64,000 nucleotides of DNA from an uncultured bacterium (GTDB lineage Bacteria; Myxococcota_A; Polyangia; Polyangiales; Polyangiaceae): positions 5,686 to 69,685 of the forward strand of contig CBINDO010000007.1 of the NCBI GenBank assembly GCA_966249405.1. Reading direction: 5' to 3'. The notes below the pieces were generated by a model. That model had not been told where the DNA came from, did not search any database, and saw only the letters and a program-made list of their open reading frames with translations. A program made the position numbers and the translations under genes. This document shows positions 44,206 to 52,653 of this stretch, one piece after another (the stretch's first letter is position 1; each line of letters begins with the position of its first letter).

Positions 44206-45363
44206 GTGGGGCATAACGTGGCATTCATGGCGGTTGTCGGCGAACGGTCTCGGATTCTTGTCGTCGATGACAACGTGGCGAATCGCGAGCTCGCCAAAGC
44301 CACGCTGGAGGACGAAGCGGGTCTCGAAGTGAAGGCCGTGGACGATGGCCCCGCGGCGCTCGAGGTGGTGCCCAGCTGGCGTCCGGACTGCGTCCTGCTC
44401 GACGTGCGAATGCCTGGTATGGACGGTTTCGAGGTTTGTCGCCGGATGCGGGCGATGCCGGAGGGTAACCACGTGCCGATCCTGTTCCTCACGGCACAGC
44501 GTGACTTGGACACCTTCGATGCTGCGCTCGCCTGCGGCGCGGACGATTTTCTCACCAAACCGGTACGACCAGCAGAGCTGGTGTTGCGCGTTCAGACGGC
44601 GCTCAAGGTGCGCAGTGTGAGAAGTGAACTCCGCGACCAATACGAGTTGGTGCGGCATCAGCGCGACGACTTGATGCGACTGCAGCTCCAGAAGGAGCGA
44701 ATGTCGGCGTTCTTGGTCCACGACCTGAAGAACCCGATCAACAACCTCGACCTGTGGGCTCAACAGGCGTTGATGGATCCTGCCCTCTCACCGCGGGCGG
44801 GCCGCGCGCTGCGCCACATCCGCGAGGAGACGCGCACCCTGACGCGCATGGTGGTGAATCTGCTCGACATCAGCAAGAGCGAGGAGGGCCGGCTTGTCCC
44901 CAAGCTCGAGCGCATTCGACTGGACGAGTTCTTCGAGCAGGTGTTCGACGAACTCCGGCTCAAGGCTGCCGCCCACGAAGTCCAACTCGAACGCAACATC
45001 GGCGTGCAGGAGATCGTCGGAGACGCAGACCTCCTACGCCGCGTGTTCGTGAATCTGGTCGAAAACGCGGTGCGACATAGTCCCAACGAGAGCTCCGTCG
45101 CGGTAGTTGCAAAGAGCGTGGGAGGGGGCACCGAGGTAGCGGTGGTCGACCAAGGCAGCGGCGTGCCTCAGAGCTTCCGCGAACAAGTGTTCCAGCCCTT
45201 CGCGCAACTCAGCTCGGAAGAGATCAAGGAACGGACGGGACGCGGCTTGGGGTTGACCTTTTGCAAGCTCGCGGTGGAAGCGCACGGAGGCGCCATCCGC
45301 ATCGAGGATGGAACGCCGGGCGCGGCGTTCGTCGTATGGCTGCCCAATGTTGATGCAGGGTGA
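44206..45363 (+). CDS. Response-regulator/histidine-kinase hybrid (N-terminal REC + HisKA + HATPase)
   Basis: REC: ILVVDDNVANREL...CVLLDVRMPGMDG. H-box: AFLVHDLKNPINNL. G1: DQGSGVP. G2: GRGLGLTFC. The track start is GTG; ATG 44227 is an alternative. Confidence 0.88.
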   Translation: MGHNVAFMAVVGERSRILVVDDNVANRELAKATLEDEAGLEVKAVDDGPAALEVVPSWRPDCVLLDVRMPGMDGFEVCRRMRAMPEGNHVPILFLTAQRDLDTFDAALACGADDFLTKPVRPAELVLRVQTALKVRSVRSELRDQYELVRHQRDDLMRLQLQKERMSAFLVHDLKNPINNLDLWAQQALMDPALSPRAGRALRHIREETRTLTRMVVNLLDISKSEEGRLVPKLERIRLDEFFEQVFDELRLKAAAHEVQLERNIGVQEIVGDADLLRRVFVNLVENAVRHSPNESSVAVVAKSVGGGTEVAVVDQGSGVPQSFREQVFQPFAQLSSEEIKERTGRGLGLTFCKLAVEAHGGAIRIEDGTPGAAFVVWLPNVDAG

Positions 45364-45366
45364 ATC

Positions 45367-47304
45367 ATGGAACGTTTTCTCGAGCGTGATGGCTTTCGCC
45401 AATTGTTCGAAACAGCGCCCGACGCGGTGCTCATCGTCGACGGCGATGGACTCATCACCCTGGTCAACCAGCAGGTCGAGCGCCTGTTCGGCTACTCGCG
45501 TGATGAGTTGATTGGCCACGAGATCGAGGTCTTGATCCCCGCGCGAGTGCGAGGTGTACACGTTGGGCATCGAACGCGCTTCGGGTCGGAGCCGCGTCTG
45601 AGACCGATGGGCACCGGGCTCGAACTGTTCGGGTGCCGCAAAGACGGGACAGAGTTCCCGGTCGAGATCAGTCTGAGCCCGATCGAGGCCGAGGGGGCGT
45701 CGTTCACATCGGCGAGCATCCGAGACGTCTCCGAGCGCAAGCGCTTGGAGGCTAGTGCTCGACGCCTGCATCAATACCTGCGAAGCGCGCTCGACAGCAT
45801 GGTCGGTAGCATCCTGATCTGGGACGCTCAGGATCGGCTGGTTGCTTGTAACAGTCTGGCTTCCGAGCAACTGAACTCGACGTTCGGTGGAGAAGTGGTA
45901 GGTCGCACCTGGGACGAGCTCGTCCCGCCGTTCTTGAAGGAGAAGAGCTTCGAAGCGGATGGGCAGTCGGGGGAGGACGTGGTCGCTGTAGTGGAGAACT
46001 ACCATCGCCGACGTGAAGGCGCCTTCACCTTGCGTTCTGCCGAGTCGCGTACCTGGCGTTGGACGCTTCGTCCGACACCGGAGGGCGGCAGCGTGATGGT
46101 GATCGACGACATCACCGAAGCCAAACAGCATGAAGCCGAGCTGCTGAGAGCCCGCTCCGAAGCCGAGTCGGCCAGCGCGGCCAAGAGTGAGTTTCTCTCG
46201 GCCATGAGCCACGAGTTGCGGACGCCCCTCAACGCGGTGCTCGGGTTCGCGCAGCTGCTCCAGCGCGACAAGAAGGAGCCGCTCACGGAGCGCCACCAGG
46301 ACCGATTGACTCACGTCCTGAAGGGGGGCGAACACCTGTTGCGCTTGATCGACGACGTGCTCGACTTGTCGCGCATCGAGTCGCGTCGGCTCCCGATCTC
46401 GATGGAGCCGGTGGCGATCGAGTCGGTGCTCGAAGACGTGAGACGTACGATGGCCCCGATCGCCGCCGAGGCGAACATCGCACTGGCCGTGGAAGAAGCC
46501 GCTGCCGCGCTCCCACGAGTCAGCGCTGATCGCACGCGATTGCGACAGATCGTGATGAACTATGCGTCCAACGCCATCAAGTACGGACGCACCAACGGCA
46601 GCGTTCGTCTGGTCGCAAGGCCTCGCGGCTCCGTCTTACGTGTCTCCGTCTTCGACGACGGCATAGGCATCGCAAAGGCCAAACAAGCGCGCATCTTCGA
46701 GCCGTTTCATCGCGCGGGTCAGGAGGCAGGTCCGATCCAGGGTACGGGTATCGGGTTGACGATCTGCAAGCAGCTGGCCGAGCTCATGGACGGAAGGGTC
46801 GGGTTCGAGAGCGTGGAGGGGAAAGGCTCCGAGTTCTGGGTAGAACTGCCCATCCTGCAGCTGAGCGAACAGTCCCCCGAGGAAGGTGCGGTTGCGGTCG
46901 CGACTCCGGCGCTGAGCGCGCCGACGTTGGTGCGCCGGTCGATCGTTTACGTTGAGGACAACCCATCCAACGTCGCGTTCATGGAAGACCTGCTCAGCGA
47001 CCAGCCAGTGGAGCTCATCGTTGCGCCGAGCGCCGAACTCGGCATCGAGCTGGTGCGCAACCGCAAACCGAGCTTGGTGATCATGGACATCAACCTGCCC
47101 GGGATGAACGGCATCGAAGCGCAACGCGCCCTCCAGCGCTGGCCAGAGACCGCCAAGATCCCTGTCGTGGCGTTGAGCGCCGCCGCGATGCCCGGCGAGG
47201 CGACGAAGATCGCCGAAGCAGGCTTCTACCGCTTCTTGACCAAGCCCGTTCGGGTCGACGAACTGCTCACGACGTTGGAAGAGATCCTCGCCAAGTCGAC
47301 GTGA
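45367..47304 (+). CDS. PAS-domain hybrid sensor histidine kinase (2x PAS + HisKA + HATPase + C-terminal REC)
   Basis: PAS: FRQLFETAPDAVLIVDGDGLITLVNQQVERLFGYSRDELIG. H-box: SAMSHELRTPLNAV. G1: DDGIGIA. G2: GTGIGLTIC. REC: IVYVEDNPSN...LVIMDINLPGMNG. Confidence 0.92.
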   Translation: MERFLERDGFRQLFETAPDAVLIVDGDGLITLVNQQVERLFGYSRDELIGHEIEVLIPARVRGVHVGHRTRFGSEPRLRPMGTGLELFGCRKDGTEFPVEISLSPIEAEGASFTSASIRDVSERKRLEASARRLHQYLRSALDSMVGSILIWDAQDRLVACNSLASEQLNSTFGGEVVGRTWDELVPPFLKEKSFEADGQSGEDVVAVVENYHRRREGAFTLRSAESRTWRWTLRPTPEGGSVMVIDDITEAKQHEAELLRARSEAESASAAKSEFLSAMSHELRTPLNAVLGFAQLLQRDKKEPLTERHQDRLTHVLKGGEHLLRLIDDVLDLSRIESRRLPISMEPVAIESVLEDVRRTMAPIAAEANIALAVEEAAAALPRVSADRTRLRQIVMNYASNAIKYGRTNGSVRLVARPRGSVLRVSVFDDGIGIAKAKQARIFEPFHRAGQEAGPIQGTGIGLTICKQLAELMDGRVGFESVEGKGSEFWVELPILQLSEQSPEEGAVAVATPALSAPTLVRRSIVYVEDNPSNVAFMEDLLSDQPVELIVAPSAELGIELVRNRKPSLVIMDINLPGMNGIEAQRALQRWPETAKIPVVALSAAAMPGEATKIAEAGFYRFLTKPVRVDELLTTLEEILAKST

Positions 47305-47341
47305 CCGGCGCTTTCGGAGCCTGGAAAGGGCGCGGCGCCGG
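47305..47341 (+). terminator. Imperfect GC-rich hairpin after the hybrid kinase gene (candidate terminator)
   Basis: CCGGCGC...GCGCCGG outer arms enclose a CTTTC-N8-GAAAG inner stem. It starts 1 nt after the TGA at 47302-47304. There is no U-tract. Confidence 0.35.
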
Positions 47342-47414
47342 CACCGATCGGGGGTGACCCGAGTGAGGCAACGCCGTCTTGACGTCGGGGCACCTTTCGG
47401 CCTAGGCCGTCTAA

Positions 47415-47921
47415 ATGGCTCGCGAAGTTGAGAAGGGACTGGACAAAGACGGGATGGAGCGCGCGCTTTCGCGGCTGCGTGACGCCGTGAAGGAGCGCGG
47501 GCTGAAGGCTTCGTCCGTGCGCGAGTCCGTTGCCAAGGCTGCGCTGAGTCGGCGTGGGCACTTTACGGTCGAAGACCTCGTTCACGATCTGCGCGGCGGC
47601 AAGACCGAGAAGAAGGACGCCCACATGACGACGGTATATCGGACGTTGCCGTTACTCGTCGAGGTAGGGCTGCTGCAACTCACTCTCCTATCGAAGGGGG
47701 ATGAAGCTCGGTACGAACGCGCCTTCGAGCGCGAGCATCACGACCACCTGATCTGTACCGAGTGCGGGATCGTTCTAGAGTTCCACTTCGAAGCGCTCGA
47801 GGTTCTGCAGCGAGACATCGCCGAGCAATACGGCTTCCTGCTCACGGACCACGTGCACGAGCTCCGTGGACTCTGCAAGAGTTGTCGCGCCAAGAGCGCC
47901 TCCAAGCGCCAGCGTCATTAG
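47415..47921 (+). CDS. Fur-family metalloregulator (Fur/Zur/PerR; subtype not assignable)
   Basis: Winged-helix segment: HFTVEDLVHDL...MTTVYRTLPLLVEVGLL. Metal sites: HHDHLICTECG ... HVHELRGLCKSC, i.e. the HHDH motif and two CxxC pairs. Confidence 0.9.
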   Translation: MAREVEKGLDKDGMERALSRLRDAVKERGLKASSVRESVAKAALSRRGHFTVEDLVHDLRGGKTEKKDAHMTTVYRTLPLLVEVGLLQLTLLSKGDEARYERAFEREHHDHLICTECGIVLEFHFEALEVLQRDIAEQYGFLLTDHVHELRGLCKSCRAKSASKRQRH

Positions 47922-47927
47922 CTGCCC

Positions 47928-47943
47928 CTCGGTGGCCACCGAG
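47928..47943. terminator. 16-bp perfect palindrome between convergent genes
   Basis: CTCGGTGGCCACCGAG at 47928-47943, 7 nt after the fur-family stop. It could be a short hairpin terminator or a protein-binding site. Confidence 0.3.
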
Positions 47944-48004
47944 CCATGAGCTCGGGGTTGTCGCAGTACGGATGAAAAGGGTGGGCCAGAGCTCGAGGTC
48001 GGCT

Positions 48005-49129
48005 CTACGGCGTGACCATGTCCGGGCCTGCCTCGAAACTTTGTCTCACGCGATCAGAGCTGAGCGCACCGTCATAGATGCGGAGCTCGTCGAACTCGCC
48101 TTCGAACGCCGGATCCCCTTCGAACAACGAACGGCCAAGCCACACGCTGGATACGTTCATGTCCAGGAGTGAATAGGCGTTGGCGACTGCGGCGGACAGC
48201 TCTCCATCGTGATACAGACTCATCTGGTCGTTCGCAGCGTCGAAGACGACGGCGACGTGGGTTTTGACGTCGTCCGACGTTGGCGCGGCGCTGTTGGCCG
48301 ACACTTCGGACTCCCCCAGCGGGCGAAACGTCGCGCGCATCGTTCCGTTGGCGGACGGGGTTTGCGAAGTGAGGAACAGGTAACTTCGTGGGCTGTCGTC
48401 TTCCGTTTCTCCCATGTCGAAGACGCGTTCCCAGTTGCGAGTGCCGTAAGAAGTGAACCACACCTCCACCGTGACGCTCTCGAGCCCATCGACGACACGA
48501 GTGGGCAGCTCTACGTACGTGCCTCCGCTGAGCACCATGCTGCCCTCGTTTTCAGAGGCCGTGCCAATCACCGTGCCATCGGCGTCACCCACCAAGTCGG
48601 AGACGAGCGTGGCCAAGTCCGAGAAGCTGTAGCGGTGAATGAGCGCCGCACCTGCCGGCTCGTTTTGCGGGCTGGTGGACTCGGACGTGTCGACGGAAGG
48701 CGCCTCGGCGGATTCGTGGGTCTCAGGGGCGGGGCTGGACGTGGGCTCATCTTTCGGAGTTTCGTCGTCCGCAGTCGTCGGGGAAGCGCTCGGAGCGGCG
48801 GAACCCGCCTCCTCGAACGGCGATGGTGCTGCGTCACCCGCGTCGACGGTTGCGGGTGACAACTCGCCGTTGGGCGCTGGGTCCGGGCCACTTCCGGAGA
48901 GGGCGCCGTCCGTGGAGCGTGGGCTCGTGGTTGCTTCGGAGTCGCGCGTGGATTCAGAGTTTGCTTGGCACTCCGTCGTCGGGCACGGTGCGTCTACTCC
49001 CGCGTCGGTTCGCGCGAGTTTTGGTCCGCCCGCCGTCAGCGAGTCGAGGTCCGCCGACAGCGTGCATCCGCCCAGCGCAAACAGGCCAAACGCCCCCACC
49101 GGAGCTGACAAACGCCGTAGCAGCGGCAC
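48005..49129 (-). CDS. Exported lipoprotein with a C-terminal LamG/concanavalin-like domain
   Basis: GTG start. Lipobox: FGLFALGGC. A long acidic Ser/Pro/Thr/Glu linker follows. LamG-type pattern (Laminin_G_3-like): IHRYSFSD...DGTVIG...GGTYVELP...VTVEVWFT...WERVFDMG...SYLFLT...FDELRIYDGALSSDRV. Confidence 0.8.
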   Translation of the reverse strand: MPLLRRLSAPVGAFGLFALGGCTLSADLDSLTAGGPKLARTDAGVDAPCPTTECQANSESTRDSEATTSPRSTDGALSGSGPDPAPNGELSPATVDAGDAAPSPFEEAGSAAPSASPTTADDETPKDEPTSSPAPETHESAEAPSVDTSESTSPQNEPAGAALIHRYSFSDLATLVSDLVGDADGTVIGTASENEGSMVLSGGTYVELPTRVVDGLESVTVEVWFTSYGTRNWERVFDMGETEDDSPRSYLFLTSQTPSANGTMRATFRPLGESEVSANSAAPTSDDVKTHVAVVFDAANDQMSLYHDGELSAAVANAYSLLDMNVSSVWLGRSLFEGDPAFEGEFDELRIYDGALSSDRVRQSFEAGPDMVTP

Positions 49130-49131
49130 CG

Positions 49132-49959
49132 TCAGAACTCCCCCGAGAAAGACACCGAAGCGGCCGTGTCGTCGCCGCTCAGCGGCGCGAAATACAGTAC
49201 AGCGCCCCCAGCGAGTGAAAGGCCGGCGACCGCGAGTGAGACATCTGCCCAGAGATACTTCTGCGCTACCGATTGTTTCTGCGCGCTCGTGCAGTCTGGC
49301 GCGCAGGTCGCTCGCAGGTCCGACTCCTCCGCGCTGCCCTGCAATCCCAGCACCGCGAAACTCGCCAAGCCGACCACCGCGAGGCCCGCGAAGCCGTAAG
49401 TCATGAGTCGTCGCAAATCGGCGGCGCTCGCGCCGTCCGTCGGGGGCGATGGTCGTCGGGGGCGCGATTCGAGCACCTCGGCTCGCGAGAACTCGGCGAT
49501 GACGAGGCGAGCTTGTTCACCTTGAACCGCATCTAGCTCCAGCTCGACGAGTTGGCCGTTTGCGCCTTCGAAGCGAAACCGGTGGCGGCCTGGGTCGATC
49601 GCGAGCGGCGCCTCGCCAGAAGCCCACTCCACGATGGTCTCGTCCATGTAGATGCGAACCCCCGGAATGTCGCGCCCGAGGTCATCCCTGGCAGCAAATG
49701 TGACGGTCGGCGTGAGTCGCTGTACGTTCTCCAAGAGCTGTTGGCATTCGTCCTTGATTGGACCAGGACAGTCCGCGTCGCTGGCGCACCCGAGAAATGC
49801 CGCACGCGCCTGCAGCAACTTGCCTTCATCTCGCAACACTTGACCTTGGCTGTGCGATTCCACGCACTGCTCGATGTCCGCGAACGCGGCAGACGAATAC
49901 ACCACTCCCAGGCCGACGACCAGAACCTGCGCCCGGCGCCTGCGACTCGAGCCGTTCAT
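49132..49959 (-). CDS. Membrane protein with a PEGA-like beta domain and a C-terminal TM hairpin (kinase-associated)
   Basis: ATG 49959 overlaps the kinase stop (ATGA). Signal peptide: VLVVGLGVVYSSAAFA. PEGA-like segment: GVRIYMDETIVEWASGEAPLAIDPGRHRFRFEG. Two TM helices lie near the C-terminus. The architecture parallels 56043-57080. Confidence 0.7.
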   Translation of the reverse strand: MNGSSRRRRAQVLVVGLGVVYSSAAFADIEQCVESHSQGQVLRDEGKLLQARAAFLGCASDADCPGPIKDECQQLLENVQRLTPTVTFAARDDLGRDIPGVRIYMDETIVEWASGEAPLAIDPGRHRFRFEGANGQLVELELDAVQGEQARLVIAEFSRAEVLESRPRRPSPPTDGASAADLRRLMTYGFAGLAVVGLASFAVLGLQGSAEESDLRATCAPDCTSAQKQSVAQKYLWADVSLAVAGLSLAGGAVLYFAPLSGDDTAASVSFSGEF

Positions 49960-51557
49960 CGGAAGCACTCCGCGCGGTAGTGTTTGCGACCCGCCGCATC
50001 GACCGTGTACGGCGGTGAGCACTTGTCGTTGCGTGGCCGGTTCGCGCTCGGCTTGGGCGCGAGGAGCGGCGTCTGGGTCGCGGACGGAGCCGGCGCGGAG
50101 CTCGCTCGGATGGCATCCGTTGGCGCCGGTGGTGTCGCGTCGAGCGGCGCGGTCGGAGATGTCTTCGGCAGAGTACGTGTGACGTCGGTCGTGACGTGGT
50201 GGGTCGAGGCGACAGCTGTCGACGGCGCTTCTGACCCGGAAGCTGCGATATGTTCCGCCCGCCAAGAGAGCAAGCCGCCCAAACCGAAGGTGGCGGCCAC
50301 AACCGCCATGATGGCGGCGAGTTTGCGGCCGTTACGGCGTGGCGCATATCGTTCGACGGTTTGCAGACTGCGAGCGGTCGAGATGCCGTCGGTCAGCAGT
50401 TCATCTGCGGAGAGGAGCTCCGCCTCTTCGATACCGCTGGGTACCGGGATCGAGCGACGTTTCTCCGACTCGAGGCGAGACAACATCGTGCCGCGTTCGA
50501 CGAGAGTGTCTGCCGCCAGCTGTTCGACCCACTCTGCCACGGCGGACGGCCGAGCTGGAGGACAGGCCAGCTCGAGCGCGCGCAACATTTCACCGGCGTC
50601 GCGGTAGCGTGCGGCGGGGTCGCGCTCGAGGGCCTTCATCACCACACTTTCCAACGCAGCTTCCACGGCAGGATTGCGTTTGCTCGGCGGGTCGATCTGC
50701 GAGTGATGGCGTTGCGCCAGAGACGCGCGAAACCCTGCACCTCCGAACAAGCGCTGGCCCGTCAGCATTTCCCACAACACGACGCCAACGGCGAACAGAT
50801 CGCTCTGCGGCGTCGGCGCAGCGCCCTTGAGTTGTTCGGGCGCGATGTAGCCTGGTTTTCCGCGGACCACACCTTGGCTCGCATCGGATAAGGAGTCCGC
50901 AGCCTTGGCGATCCCGAAGTCGAGCACGCGCGCCACTCCGTCGACACCCACGAGGATGTTCTGCGGCGAGACGTCGCAATGTACGATGTTGAGCGGCTTA
51001 CCGTTCTTGTCCGTCGTCGCATGCGCGAACGCGAGTCCGCGCAACACATCCGAGAGGATCGCCGATGTCACGTTCAGCGGCGCAATCTGGTTGGACTGAC
51101 TACGCAGGTGGCGGCACAGGGACGACAACGCGTCGCCGTGGACATAGTCCATCACGAGCAGCACCTCGTTGCCATCTGCCACGACGTCCAACGTCGGGAC
51201 GACGTTGGGATGCCGGATGCGAGCGGCAAGGCGGGCCTCCTCGATGAACATCGCTTTGAACTGTGCGTCGCTGGCGAACTGCGGTAGCAGCCGTTTCACC
51301 GCGACGATGCGGCAAAACCCGAAATCCCCGTGGAGTCGCGCGAAGTGCACGGTCGCCATGCCGCCTTTGGCGATGCAATCAGCGAATTCGTAGCGACCGA
51401 CGCGCACGATACTGGACGGAGCTGCGACGCGATTGAGGATCGGACGGGCTGCGCTGTTGGGTGGGCACCCAATCCCATCCAAGACCACATCCTGCGACTC
51501 GACGTCATCTCGCGTATTCAACGCGCCCTTCGCAGTGCCAGAGCTTTGCGCCATCAT
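49956..51557 (-). CDS. Eukaryotic-like Ser/Thr protein kinase, membrane-anchored (non-RD: HCD catalytic loop)
   Basis: I chose ATGATG at 51557, with GAGGGA upstream. G-loop: IAKGGMATV. Lys: IVAVKRL. Catalytic loop: IVHCDVSPQNILV. Also DFGIAK and GYIAPEQ. One TM helix: LAAIMAVVAATFGLGGLL. The Pro/Ala/Thr tail ends KCSPPYTVDAAGRKHYRAECF. Confidence 0.9.
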   Translation of the reverse strand: MMAQSSGTAKGALNTRDDVESQDVVLDGIGCPPNSAARPILNRVAAPSSIVRVGRYEFADCIAKGGMATVHFARLHGDFGFCRIVAVKRLLPQFASDAQFKAMFIEEARLAARIRHPNVVPTLDVVADGNEVLLVMDYVHGDALSSLCRHLRSQSNQIAPLNVTSAILSDVLRGLAFAHATTDKNGKPLNIVHCDVSPQNILVGVDGVARVLDFGIAKAADSLSDASQGVVRGKPGYIAPEQLKGAAPTPQSDLFAVGVVLWEMLTGQRLFGGAGFRASLAQRHHSQIDPPSKRNPAVEAALESVVMKALERDPAARYRDAGEMLRALELACPPARPSAVAEWVEQLAADTLVERGTMLSRLESEKRRSIPVPSGIEEAELLSADELLTDGISTARSLQTVERYAPRRNGRKLAAIMAVVAATFGLGGLLSWRAEHIAASGSEAPSTAVASTHHVTTDVTRTLPKTSPTAPLDATPPAPTDAIRASSAPAPSATQTPLLAPKPSANRPRNDKCSPPYTVDAAGRKHYRAECFR

Positions 51558-51750
51558 TCCCTCTAACCGTAACGTTACTGCAGCACGGCGTGTGTGGCAG
51601 CTCGCTGAGTATTTTATTAGAGGATTTTTCCGTGCGTTCTCGCTCGGTTCCAAGATAGGGCAGATTGATCGCGACTTGTTGTGAACGGGCTGTTCCGAAC
51701 CGGACAAAACGACGCGAAGCGGCCAGTACGGCTTACACCCGACTATGGCT

Positions 51751-52617
51751 TCAGTCGACCCCTGCGTTGGTCGTTCTGGCCAATTCTGCGCGCGCCGCCG
51801 CCGCCCGAATGAAGAGCGCGTCGCGCTCCTCTTGTGCGACATGGTGAGACGCGATCCCGACGAGCTCGCGCGCGGCACGAAGTCGCGCGGCGTCAGCCTC
51901 GAAGAAGTGTGCGAGCACTGCGAGTTGGTTTTGAACTTCGGTGGCCTGCTTCAATGCATCGGGTTTGGTCAGCAGAAGGCGAGAGATCTTGCCGAGGAAC
52001 GTCATTTGTTCACCAGCGAAGTACAGCGGTAGCAATTCGACGACCTCTGACGGAAGCTGCCTGAAACCGACCAATTGCGCGCCCTTGAGTCGCGGTGCGG
52101 CTGGCAGTTGCGCTCGTTTTTCTCGATGCCCAACGAAGCCCAACAAGTCGGTCAGGGCGTGGAACGCGAGCTTGGCGCGCGGACGTGAGCGGAAGCAGCC
52201 GTACCACGTGAGCTCGAGCTGCGCGAACTCGTCCGGTCGAGTCGTGAAGCAGAGCAGAGCGGTCTTGCTGCGCGTGGCGAACCCGATGTACGGATACAAG
52301 AACGCGAACGCGCCGTCGACGTTGTATTGCGGCTTGAGTTCCCGTATCAACTTGCTCTCGAGGAGCAGCGCGGCATGTTCCGATTCGCAACTCTCGTAGG
52401 TGAGGCACGCTGCTTCGCGCACCAGGATGCGCATCTTTCGATGGGCACGTTTTCGCGTCGCGTTGCGATAGTTGGACAGACGCCGTCGTAGGTTCTTCGC
52501 CTTTCCGACGTACAACACGAGCCCAGCGTCCGATGAAAAGCGGTAGACGCCGGGCCCGGTTGGGGCGCTTGTGATCAGCTCTGCTCCAAACTTCTGATCG
52601 AAGGTGTTTGGGGACAC
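51751..52617 (-). CDS. GIY-YIG nuclease homologous to the N-terminal half of UvrC (Cho-like)
   Basis: GPGVYRFSSDAGLVLYVGKAKNLRRRLSNY is the UvrC-type GIY-YIG motif. The downstream conserved E/N region is LLESKLIRELKPQYNV. At 288 aa it lacks the UvrC C-terminal endonuclease/HhH half. This matches the size of E. coli Cho (295 aa). Confidence 0.85.
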   Translation of the reverse strand: MSPNTFDQKFGAELITSAPTGPGVYRFSSDAGLVLYVGKAKNLRRRLSNYRNATRKRAHRKMRILVREAACLTYESCESEHAALLLESKLIRELKPQYNVDGAFAFLYPYIGFATRSKTALLCFTTRPDEFAQLELTWYGCFRSRPRAKLAFHALTDLLGFVGHREKRAQLPAAPRLKGAQLVGFRQLPSEVVELLPLYFAGEQMTFLGKISRLLLTKPDALKQATEVQNQLAVLAHFFEADAARLRAARELVGIASHHVAQEERDALFIRAAAARAELARTTNAGVD

Positions 52618-52653
52618 ACGAGCTGCATATCACCCTTCGACGAACCGTTCACG

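Noticed and set aside
47378-47414. TTGACG hexamer upstream of the Fur-family gene, considered as a -35 element, plus a search for a Fur box.
   Set aside because: There is no acceptable -10 hexamer at 16-18 bp spacing. Nothing resembles the GATAATGATAATCATTATC Fur box.
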